A stretch of 64,000 nt of DNA from Lytechinus pictus. Taxonomy: Eukaryota. Location: assembly GCF_037042905.1 (NCBI RefSeq), contig NC_087247.1, positions 41,664,001 to 41,728,000 of the forward strand, in the 5' to 3' direction. Within the stretch, counting starts at the first letter, position 1; the number at the start of each line of letters is the position of its first letter. The notes under the pieces were generated by a model. It was given only the letters and a program-made list of their open reading frames with translations, was not told where the DNA came from and made no database searches. The position numbers and the translations under genes are program-made. Below, piece after piece: positions 1-11,514 of the stretch.

Positions 1-3000
1 GCGAAATTAACATAGACGAATGTGAGAGCAATCCATGTTATAATAGCGGCACGTGCATTGATGGAATAAATGAATTTCACTGCTCTTGTGTGATAGGATT
101 TGCTGGAGTAACTTGTGAAACGAATATCAACGAATGTGCAAGCGACCCATGCTTTAATGACGGAACATGTGTAGACCAAGTTGCTGGATATATATGCGAA
201 TGCCTTGATGGATTCAGTGGACGTCACTGTAATAATGACATAGACGAATGTGAGAGTAATCCATGTTTAAACAATGCAACATGCATCGATCAAGTGGATG
301 GGTATGAGTGTCAATGTTTGCAAGGTTTTGAGGGCATGCACTGCGGGATTGACATCGACGAGTGTACCTCATCACCATGTAGAAATGGAGCTGCCTGTGT
401 AGATATGATAAATGGTTACAGATGTGAATGTCTATCTGGATATGAAGGAATTCATTGTGGGATAAATACAGATGAGTGCGAAAGCAATCCTTGTCAAAAT
501 GAGGCAACCTGTGTTGATAGAGTGAACAAATACAAGTGTACATGTCAAGAAGGTTTTCAAGGAAATCAATGTGAAATTGATATCAACGAGTGCAGTAGTG
601 ATCCTTGTAGCAATGGTGCAACTTGCCAGGACAGAATCAATGCATACTTCTGCGAGTGCAATCCTGGATTTGCAGGAATTAATTGTGAAACAGACATCAA
701 CGAATGCGAAAGCAGACCTTGTGAAAACGGTGCGACATGTGTGGACAAAGTGAATGGATATTATTGTAGTTGTGACCTTGGTTATGATGGCATTCTTTGT
801 GAAAATAATATCGATGAATGTGGAAGTAACCCGTGTTTGAATGGTGCTAGATGTCACGACGAGATAAATGGATTTATGTGCCAATGTACAGATGGTTATC
901 ATGGCGTCTTTTGTGAGACCAACATAGATGAGTGTGCAAGTCTACCGTGTAAGAATAACGGAAAATGTAAAGACAAAATAAATGGTTATATCTGTAAATG
1001 CCAAAAAGGGTTTGAAGGATTGCACTGTGAGAATGACATTGACGAGTGCTCCAGCTCCCCGTGCATGAATTCAGCAACTTGTGTAGACCTGATTGCTGGA
1101 TACGAATGTGAATGCAGCCCTGGATACATAGATATCCATTGTGAAACAGACATTGATGAATGCGTCAGTTTACCTTGTGAAAATGGAGCTACCTGTTGGG
1201 ATGATGTTAATGGATACACCTGTTTATGTATGCCCGGTTACCAAGGAGTCGATTGTGAAGAAGATATTAATGAATGTGGCAGTGAACCTTGTCAGAACAA
1301 TGCTACATGCGTGGATAAAGTTGACAGATATAAATGTATTTGCATTCCCGGTTTTCGTGGAAAAGAGTGCCAAACAAACTTCGACGAGTGTACCAGCAAT
1401 CCCTGTTTAAATGGCGGACAGTGCGAAGATGGTGTGAACGATTATCTATGCCATTGCACACCGGGATATACTGGTGACTTGTGTGAAATTAATATTGATG
1501 AATGTCAATCAATACCGTGTCAAAATGACGCTCGCTGTATCGACCAAATTAACGGATTTACATGTGATTGCAAAGATGGCTACGACGATACTCTATGCTC
1601 AACAGATATCGATGAATGTTCCAGTCAGCCTTGTTTGAACAATGGAAGTTGCACTGACATGATAAATCGATTCAAATGCATTTGTATACCAGGATTCGAT
1701 GGGGCACTTTGTGGACAAAACATAAATGAATGTAGAAGTAACCCATGTTTTAATAATGGAGAGTGTGTTGACGACATAAATATGTATTTCTGTCGATGCA
1801 CTCCTGGATTTGAAGGAATACAATGCGAACTTGAAATTGATGAATGTTCAAGCAATCCTTGTCGAAATGATGCCCGCTGCCACGACAATATTAACAGATA
1901 CAGCTGTGAATGTGTACCAGGTTATGAAGGAACCCACTGTGAAATTGACATAGATGAATGCTTGAGTGACCCGTGTGAGCATGGTGGGACTTGCAGAGAC
2001 ATGACAAACGAATACCAGTGTCTGTGCCGAGCAGGATACAATGGGGAAAACTGTGAGAATAACATTAATGAATGTTACAGTGAGCCTTGTTTTAATAACG
2101 GCACCTGCTCGGACAAAGTCAACAGATACAGATGCCTATGCCTGGACGGATTTGATGGTGTTCACTGTGAAGTTAATATCGACGAGTGCGCCAGCGATCC
2201 CTGTATGAATGCTGCTTCATGTTTTGACCAGATTGATAGTTATCAGTGTCTTTGTCAACCCGGATTTACGGGCGTTCAATGCGAAATTGAAATCAACGAA
2301 TGCAGTAGCTACCCATGTCAAAACAAAGCAGAATGCATAGATTTCATAAACAGATATGAATGCCGATGTAAACCAGGATATGAAGGAATTCACTGCGAAA
2401 TAGAAATTAATGAATGTATCAGCAGTCCGTGTTTGAATGATGCTACATGTATTGATAAAGTTAATCGCTTCAGGTGTTCCTGTCTTCCTGGATATGAAGG
2501 TGTGCTGTGTGAGACTAATACAGATGAATGTCAGAGCTCTCCTTGCCATAATGAAGCGAGATGTCAGGACCGAATTAACGGATATATATGCATATGCCCG
2601 TATGGATTTGATGGTGCCCAGTGCCAAGTTGATATTAACGAATGTGAAAGTTTCCCTTGTCACAATGGTGGAATTTGCCTGGACAGAGTCAATGGATACG
2701 AGTGCCAGTGTGCTGCTGGTTTTAGGGGAGTGGAATGTAAAATAGATATCAATGAATGTTCTAGTAGCCCTTGCCAACATAACTCTGAATGCGTAGATCG
2801 AATCAATGGATATAGTTGCTCATGTAATCAAGGAACTGAAGGTGTACATTGTGAGATTGACATCGATGAATGTGCAAGTCAGCCGTGTCAAAATGGAGCC
2901 GAGTGTAAGGATGGAATGAATGGCTATCAATGTCAATGTCAAATTGGATACCAAGGTGTTTACTGCGATGTCAACATAGACGAATGCGTGAGCTCCCCTT

Positions 3001-4978
3001 GTCATAATTTGGCATCATGTATAGACTTAGTGAATGGATATTCCTGTGATTGCATACCAGGATTTTCCGGACCACATTGTGAGATAAATATCGACGAATG
3101 TGTAAGTGAGCCGTGTGCTAATGGGGGCAGTTGCAGGGATCAAATCAATGGATATATCTGTGGCTGCCTTTCGGGTTATGATGGTAACCACTGTGGACAT
3201 GACATCGATGAATGTGCAAGCTCACCTTGTCAGAACGGGGCAAACTGTTTAGACCACATCGATCAATACATATGCCAGTGTTTGGATGGATTCATGGGAA
3301 CCAACTGCCAAGTTGATATCAACGAATGTGCTAGCTTCCCTTGTGTGAATGATGGGACGTGTTTTGACAAAGTGAATGGATACCTTTGTTCCTGTGCTGC
3401 AGGGTTTGAGGGATTCCAGTGTCAGGTGAATACTAATGAATGTGAAAGTTCTCCTTGTCTTAATGGAGGAAACTGCGTTGACCAGATCGATGGATTCTTT
3501 TGCCGATGTGAAGCAGGATATGGAGGAGTAATCTGTGAAATCAATATCGACGAATGTGCTAGTAACCCATGTAAATTTGCATCTACCTGTCGAGACGAAA
3601 TCGATGGATATGGATGCGAATGTCTTCCGGGGTATTATGGTGTGCATTGCCAATTTGAGGAATATGAGTGTGAGAGTAGACCGTGTGGTCATGGTGGACA
3701 ATGCATTGACGAGGTAAATGGATTCACTTGTGAATGTGCTGCTGGATACCAAGGCGTTACTTGTGAATTTGATATTGATGAATGCAACAGTCATCCATGT
3801 CAAAATGACGGAACTTGTATTGATAGGATTAATGAGTATGACTGCCAATGTGTCGATGGGTTTGGTGGTACCGAATGTCAGATAGACATCGACGAATGTG
3901 CTAGTATTCCCTGTCAGCATAACGGTGCATGTCACGACCATATAAATGGCTATAGATGTACTTGCATGGTGGGTTTTGAGGGAGATCATTGTCAAACGAA
4001 TATCAACGAATGTGAAAGCAATCCTTGCTCGAGCTATGGAAGGTGCATAGATAGAATAGATGGCTATCGCTGCAGATGTCGTCCAGGTTTTATGGGTGCT
4101 CATTGTGAAATTGATATCGACGAATGTCAGAGTGACCCTTGCTACCACGGTAGCAGATGTGTTGATGGCTTAAACGGATACACTTGTCAATGCAGATCCG
4201 GTTACCAAGGACCACGCTGTCGAGATGAAATTGATGAATGTATCAGTAATCCATGCATAAACGGTATTTGCCTCGACAGATTAAATGGGTACCGTTGTCA
4301 TTGCATTAAAGGATTTTATGGAAAAAATTGTGCGATAAATCGTGACGAATGCATCAGTAACCCCTGTCTGAATGGTGCGACTTGCCAAGATGCAATCAAT
4401 GACTATAACTGCGAATGTCCCTTGGGATATGAAGGAAAACACTGCGAAATTATTATCGATGAATGTCGGAGTAACCCTTGTCAAAATGGTGCAACCTGTG
4501 TGGATGGATTTAAAGAATATACGTGTGAATGCGTTCTTGGTTTTGAAGGAATCAACTGCAAAGTGAATATTAATGATTGCGCTAGTGCCCCTTGTCAAAA
4601 TCGAGCTACTTGCCTGGATGGAATCAACAGTTACGAATGCCAATGTGTTCCTGGCTATAAAGGAGAACACTGTGAATTCGAAATCAATGAATGCGACAGC
4701 CATCCTTGCAAAAATGACGGAACTTGCCTGAACGGAGTGAACAGTTTCTATTGCTATTGCCCACCCGGCTTTGAAGGTTGGTTATGTGAGGTACAGATAG
4801 ACGAATGCGAAAGTAGTCCTTGTCTACATGGTGGAAGTTGTGTTGATGGTACTGCAGAATTCAGCTGTCATTGTGAAGAGGGATTCTCGGGTATCAGATG
4901 TGAGACTGTTCTTAATCAATGCAAGCTTCATCCATGCTATGGCAACGCTACCTGCATCACAATACATGACGATTTCAG
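1..4978 (+). CDS. Gene A giant exon with ~43.5 tandem cbEGF repeats (38 aa/114 nt unit)
   Basis: ORF 90..5042, also open upstream to the window start. Repeating (D/N)I(D/N)EC.S.PC.N...C.D....Y.C.C..G(F/Y).G..C. Donor TTCAG|gtatat after 4978, beyond which the ORF decays into intronic sequence. Confidence 0.95.
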
Positions 4979-7900
4979 GTATATTATTATTATTTGTATC
5001 AACTTAAATAACCATGAAATGTTGCATCGAAATAAAAGATGACGGGGGCTTCAAAATTTACACTGCATGAACGAAAAATGTAATATTAATTACACTATTG
5101 AATATCTAATTGTTGGTCATTTTATGTAATCATACAGTATTTATACAGCAAACTGTGTAATCATTCATTGGTTAAGAAATGTCACTTTGCATGGTATTTA
5201 ACTAAATCTAGGTATCTGTATTTGAATATTTAAAGGTGTCTTTGCCCACCTCGATATTCTGGTCTGGGTTGTGACGATTATGATGAGGAAGGTTGTGGAT
5301 CGACAAAGTGCTTCAACGGCCAATGTATTATCGATGGGGTAACCGATAATGGCATCAAATACAACTGTAAATGCAACAACGGGTTCATCGGAACTGAATG
5401 TCAGACGTGTAAGTAACCCCAAGGCAGGTAATCATTAACAAGAGTCAAGGTAGGAAAACTGTATTTTAGTACCATACCTGCACTGATCAAGAATCAGCTT
5501 TCATTTAGGAAATTCAATATGTTAGTAGATTTAGCTGCGCTGTTCCCCATATCTAGCATACATAGGTTTACTTTAGGTAAAACTTTTAAAATTCATACGC
5601 AGATTATTGTCTATCTCGTCACAAAAGAGGTAATCGAATACTTTCTCAAAAAATATTCTTAAAACGTTTTGAAAATTATTAAATTATTTTTAGTTTATCT
5701 ACAATGAGAAGTAACAAAACTTAATAGTCCATCTGACGGTGTCTGAAACGCTGTTCTTTTTACTGTTGTTTCGCTTCTATAGATTTACTGAACGTCACAG
5801 CTAGCGTGCTAATTGAGGAAAAGCACTCACAACTGAGCGGTCTTGAGCACAAGATGAAGGAAGTGCTAATGGAAGCCATGGAGAAGACAGATGACATCCA
5901 TAATTGTTCCAATGTGGACATCGCCATTATAGATACTACGACGGGCAATGGAGCCTTATCGGGGTAATCACTACTCAATCGTGACAGTATTTCCGATTAT
6001 ATCAAGATTATGGAATAATTCCAGTTCGAAAACGAATTATAAGTAGCTTTGTCATGGTTATTATGCTAGTATAACTTTATGTACTCATACACACTAGACA
6101 CAACTTATTTATATGAACTTAATTGAATTTCATTAATACGTCTTTTAATTGTTTAAGTCAGTAGGCTGTTGATATGATCGAAACGTTTGTTATATAAATT
6201 CATGAAGATAGCATCCAGTTTAATATGTTATTTTCTTTGACATTTCTTACAGTATGGAATTTACGAACGTAACAATCTACGCAATGCTGGATGATAAGCC
6301 TGCCGATCGCGATTCTCTATCACATATGTTAAGAGCTCTCCCTCCAGCCAAAGTCAACAAACTCATCCATCCATATCGACTCTTTGTCGACAGGCAAATG
6401 CCACCTGAAGTACATACAGATATCACTGTAAATGATGAAAAGAAGAAGAAGAAGAAGGTATGAAATATAGACTACCTAATAAAGTAAACACTATTGCTCT
6501 TCTTTTGAATAAGCTACACCGGTTACCTTTTTGTGCAATTGAATTCAAGATCCTCGGCATTTTTAACTTTAAAGTGCCTATGAGTATTGGCTCTTACTTC
6601 CAGGTTGCAGCCGCATGACTGTACATGTATGAAGAAAATAAAATGCAGTAAATGAATTCCGTGGAAAAGAAAGTTGAAATTTTCGGTCATAGGCCTTCAT
6701 CAGGTAAAATGAAATTCATTAAAATTTAAAATAATTCTTTATAGAATTGATTTTCTTCATTTAATTACATTCCTTGAACGACTGTTTTGAATGAAATGGA
6801 GGCATATTTTTTTTCTCCTTTAATATTTTACTCATAGAAACAGAAGTATAAATTTGGATATTGTCCCGGAAATTTCAATGTTCGATTGACTACCTGCGAA
6901 TTGTTCTTCTGGGACCCTGTAGGAAACCTTTTGACGTTAGTTTAAAAAGGTTTCCTGATGATTCACAGTTGATGTTTCATGAGATTTACGCTGTCGTGCC
7001 TATCCAAATACACCCGCCCCTACTCAAATCATTACAGACTGAGTCTGAACAAAAAGTTTTCATATTAGCAGACGATGGTTTGCACTAATGGTGAGAGCGC
7101 TGTTCAATGTTACGAATTTCCTTCAAACTTATAGCAACAGAGTTAACTCATTGATTTAACAGTACATGGAAATGATATCTATAGTTTTTTTTATTCTAAA
7201 CTCACTTTTAAAACGGAGCATAGAAATCATCACCATTCCCATGATTAGAAAGTTAAAAGATTTAATGGCAATCAGCATATACAAAAAAATATTGTTCAAA
7301 TTTTGTTACAATTCAAATAATATTTGTGCACTTTACATTGTGTACGTTTCCCAATAATTTTCATAATTGGAGTAATCAACAATCCATTAAACCTGTAAAG
7401 TAGAGGTTTAGAGTTTTGATAAGCACGTGTTCTCTTGCTTTCCCCCAAATGCAACGATTATAAGTCAGATGTCGCCAGTCAATAAGCAAAGGCGGTTATT
7501 TGGAGCTAATTTAAAAAAAAAATGTTTCCTTTCAAACCTCTTCATACCCAAACCTAACCTGCTCAATTATCATGAAATGGAAAGACTATCCCATCATGTC
7601 CATTTTTCTTTCATTTGGAGTCAACACACAAATTTCAAACAAACATCATCCTGAAAATTTCATCAACATCGGATGAAAAATGAAAAAACTATTTGACATT
7701 TTAAAACTGCGTTTGATTCCACAAATAGCTATACGTAAAACCTAGTTGGTATGGAAAATATGATACTGTATCTTATTTTTACTTTTTCTACCTTGAACAT
7801 GTGATTCATTAGAGAGCATTTTTCTTGTAATTTAAATGGCTATTTTCCCATTTAATAAAAAAGAAATACACAGGAAATCAGGAGTGTATGAGTTACCTCT

Positions 7901-9085
7901 TTTCCTAGTTGCATATCACCCACGTCATGCGGGAAAAACGTAAAATAAAAAAAAAAATCTGAAAAGTCATAACGCTCTTATTTTACATCAAATTGTCGTG
8001 ATGTCTTTTTTAATATAATGTTCTCTCTATTTATTCAAATTTTGTTGATGGGGTAGACCTCATTTTGAACAGTTTTTGTCTTAACAGGATATCCTTGTAC
8101 GATAATTAACATTTCTGATAGCTAAAGTGATGTAAAGGGTGTAAATTAAAGTCATTGTGGGTAAACTGACATCTTACAGATAAGAAATCGTTAAAGAAAC
8201 AATAGTTTCATAGTTTCTTAATCCTTAGCTCTTAAAAAGTGAGTCTATTCAAAGGTCAGCTATACCCCTTATCTTTCATTTGAACTCATTTCCTTTACCT
8301 TAATCGTGATGAGTAAAATACTAATTACTAACAATAAAAAATGAAGTCCGCATTCTGTCCTTTAAAGAACCAGCCATTGAGCCGTTGGAAATGGGAGTTT
8401 GGGAGGGGGGTCTGTCGGAATATAAATTCTTGCCTGTTTATGAAGTTTTAATCTCTATTAAACAGTAACAATATTTATTTAAATATATAGTTTCCAGAGA
8501 ATACTAGATCATTCAAAAGGGCTGGATCTTTAGGTAGTAAATTAACATATTGATATATTGATTTTTGTCTATATAGTCCTGGGGACATCGGCATTGGTAC
8601 GTTTTCTTAATTGCCATCGTCATCCTCATTGGAATTGCATCAGCAGCGGTGTACATCGTTAGGAGGTAATTTTCCTTCCTTTAGCACCTGTAGATATGCA
8701 TTATCTTAAAGCATGGCCCTGCTAAATTTGTTGATATCCCAGTAATAGACTTTTGAAGGATAACGCAGAGATAGCATTATCTGACACATATTCATTACGA
8801 TAAGTTTTTTTTCTATAGCAACAACACAAAAATATAATGAATTATATGGCCTATCAAATCTTAATCTTGTAGTATTTCATGATTTTTCGGATTTTTATGT
8901 TTGGATAACTCAATAAATCTGTTTCTCAAATTTGAACTAACAGTTTGAATCGGGAAATAATCATCATCGGTCAATGATTCCCATATAGGCAATGCCGGGT
9001 CACTATTTTCCTCGCCTCATTTTCATATTTTATTGATATCCTTACTGTATCCAGGCAGCGGAAAGCTGAAATTCCACCCGACTAA
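1..9085 (+). CDS. Gene A (5'-truncated): giant calcium-binding EGF-repeat type-I membrane protein (Notch/fibropellin-like repeats), paralog of gene B; exons <1-4978, 5236-5408, 5783-5963, 6253-6457, 8577-8665, 9055-9085
   Basis: All introns GT-AG with compatible phases (2,1,2,0,2). From position 3 the joined exons give 5655 nt in one frame ending in TAA 9083-9085. Content: at least 45 EGF repeats, a ~125-aa alpha/beta juxtamembrane module, TM helix and tail RRQRKAEIPPD. Confidence 0.88.
5236..5408 (+). CDS. Gene A exon: end of EGF44 plus last non-calcium-binding EGF
   Basis: aaag|G TGT CTT TGC... gives CLCPPRYSGLGCDDYDEEGCGSTKCFNGQCIIDGVTDNGIKYNCKCNNGFIGTECQT; donor T|gtaagt. Confidence 0.9.
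5783..5963 (+). CDS. Gene A exon: first half of SEA/ferredoxin-like juxtamembrane module
   Basis: Acceptor ttctatag|, donor GG|gtaatc. YLLNVTASVLIEEKHSQLSGLEHKMKEVLMEAM... aligns with gene B exon 51093-51258 ([12 protein letters not shown]). Confidence 0.82.
6253..6457 (+). CDS. Gene A exon: second half of juxtamembrane module ending in poly-Lys
   Basis: Acceptor ttcttacag|, ORF MEFTNVTIYAM...DSLSHML...HPYRLF...DEKKKKKK, donor AAG|gtatga. Homologous to gene B MAFTTVAF...DSLKLAL...SPYKIF. Confidence 0.85.
6676..6703 (-). ncRNA. Penelope-type minimal hammerhead-like core (helix I missing; probably a relic)
   Basis: Minus strand reads CTGATGA-A-GGCC-TAT-GACC-GAAA-ATTTC. Confidence 0.35.
8577..8665 (+). 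CDS. Gene A transmembrane exon
   Basis: atatag|TCC TGG... gives SWGHRHWYVFLIAIVILIGIASAAVYIVR; donor AG|gtaatt. Same 89-nt length and phases as the gene B TM exon. Confidence 0.88.
9055..9085 (+). CDS. Gene A terminal coding exon (very short cytoplasmic tail)
   Basis: Pyrimidine-rich acceptor ...tgtatccag|G CAG CGG AAA GCT GAA ATT CCA CCC GAC TAA, phase-compatible; AATAAA signals follow near 9396 and 9573. Confidence 0.7.
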
Positions 9086-9662
9086 GGGGTGATTCAACTT
9101 CCAGGAGAAGGAAAAGAAGTGAGCCTAACTTACTGAAACTCTCTGGAAACACAATTTGATGAGACACTTTACTGGCTGTGCCAATTATAAAAACTGGAGG
9201 GAAATGTGAATTAGTGTCACTGGACCTACCGTCATTTATGGATAATTTGACTACGAATTTATATAACTTGATGGCTCTTCCGCATCTAAATGGATTATCT
9301 TCAACGTCCACATGGTCAGATATAATGCGGACATCAATTGAGAAAATTGAAGTCAGCGACTCGTTATTAATTACAATGCATATTTTTAAATAAGTAATAA
9401 ATAAGTATTATACTATATGCTTTATATTACAAGTATTTTATATTCTATTAACAAACGTGCACCCATGCATACTTTTTAAAGATTGCAGCAGGCTGTCCTG
9501 TTAACCGAAAAAATGGTTTGTTCTTGTAATTTTATTTTTAGCAGAAACACAATAAGAAGATGTGATATCACATAAATAAATAGAATAAGTTACTTATAAT
9601 GATACTGACTGATGGATAGGAACGCCTGAAAACGTACAGAATTGTCTCCCTGTGGACGTATT

Positions 9663-9975
9663 GACCCGTATTCTGAAGTCAGGTTTAACTTAGACTCAGG
9701 TTTAAAGTTGTGGTTTAAGTATGGGATGCCAAAAGTACCAAATTTTTTTATTAAGTTGTACGTTTCTTATGTTTACTGTGCTCTTTCCTGATTCATCGAT
9801 GGTGAAGACAATAATCTATATAATACTTCCTAGACAATTATGAATGATTTGAGAGCCAAATGAGCTGAAATATGATATCTCTACCGTTAGTGATTTATGT
9901 AACAATTGGCTGTCCATACTTAAACCACAACTTTAAACCTGAGTTTAAGTTAAACCCGACTTCAGAATACGGGCC
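9663..9975. mobile_element. MITE, PIF/Harbinger-like
   Basis: TIRs of ~60 bp (G(A/G)CCCGTATTCTGAAGTC...GTGGTTTAAGTATGG) flanked by a 3-bp ATT duplication. Confidence 0.85.
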
Positions 9976-10878
9976 ATTGTGTTTAATATGCGAATAAAGG
10001 TTGTATATGTATGCACATACATTTCATATTTCATCTTTTTTTTTACTCACATTGATTTATCGAAGCTATTTGAAAAATTATTTTCGATTCCATGTGTTAT
10101 CCTTTATAGCTTGACGATGGCAGTTTTATATGTATATGAATATATATATATATATATATGAGAATAAAATTCTTATTAGCATTTCATTCGGCTTCTTCAA
10201 AGACCCCCCCCCCCATCGGTCGATGAGAAAGAAACACAATAAGATAAGCACGAGTATACACATGGCCGAGCCCCTATTATATACCCTTTCTTTTTATTTT
10301 AAATATGAATCAAACTATGAATCCCCTCATGATAATACACCAGCTGCGCCAGCCACTGATTGCGAAACAGTCGAATATGCTTTTACAATTTACATGATTT
10401 ATAACTACATCAGACTCTCAAGGAAGTACATGAACTCGACAATCTTTACTACTGTGGTGTTCAATAACAAGTCTTAATTTTCTCGCAATTCCATTTTTGT
10501 CTTTCATGAATGTACCACAGTCACGTATTATTTGTATTGATTAAGATGTTGTACATACTTTTTCTACTTCCTTAATAAATACGTATTTTGCAAGTAACAA
10601 TTGTCGATGTTGTATGTTTCACAATATGAGAAAGAAAGGGGAAATTATTTTGAAAGATTCAGAGGAACGATCTTCCACGTGAGCTGTATTCTGACAGCGT
10701 CCTAAACACCAAAGGGTAGAAGGGGTGGGGAAGGAAGAAAAGGGGTCTAAGTAACAGCTTTTTGAAAATGTTGTCACTCTTCGGTCTCGGCCATTTTAAG
10801 AGGCAATTTAGTCTTTTTAGAGTAAAGGTGGACAATAGTGGATCTAGGGCGAGTGAGAGTCATTGCTCCTGCCTATAA

Positions 10879-11264
10879 AGCCCAGCGCACACTATACGAC
10901 TCGATGCGATCCGAATTTCAAATAAATTGTGATAACATTTAATATGAATATTCCAACAAATAGAATCTCAGCGATCAGAGTTCAGAATAGTGGTAGGACA
11001 CTAAAATCGAAATTCAGTTTAGTTCGAGCCTCCCTGTAGGAAAAAACGCAAATTCAATGTCAAATCGTAATGACGTCATCATCGGCTGCCACCTGAAGCC
11101 GAATTGGAATTTACTTCGACCACATGGCTTGCCGCAAAGCAAATTTACGATTTTATTATTATGCCGAACTTAAAAAAAATACTTCTTGGATGTATCATAT
11201 TTAATTCAAAATGCTATTTATTAAAAAGATTGTGTGGTACCGGATCGCTTAGTGTGCGCTGGCT
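10879..11264. mobile_element. Degenerate Harbinger-like MITE
   Basis: AGCCCAGCGCACACTA ... TAGTGTGCGCTGGCT inverted ends with TAA/TAG flanks. Confidence 0.6.
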
Positions 11265-11514
11265 TAGCCCAAGTTTTGCTTTTTCATCGTTTCGGCAATT
11301 GAATCTTTTTACTCTTTCTACCCTAGAACGCAATTACTTGTTTAAAATCCAATAGAACAAATCTCTTTCCAGCATGAGAGAAAAGAGGGGATGAAATGAA
11401 TGGTTGTGATTAAGAGAGAAATAAATAGATATATGAATAAATCAATATAGAGAAGGACATATAAAAGAAAGGTGGAAAGAGAAGCGAAGATGCGAAGGAG
11501 AAAAAAGCCAGCAA

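Noticed and set aside
214-4703. Antisense and alternate-frame ORFs over the EGF arrays (e.g. 3249..4148, 2217..2780)
   Set aside because: Shadows of the repetitive coding strand with no independent protein features.
1-9085. Calling gene A Notch, fibropellin or Crumbs
   Set aside because: No LNR, RAM or ankyrin region, no avidin-like C-terminus, no laminin-G domains and no ERLI tail; only the generic cbEGF repeats match.
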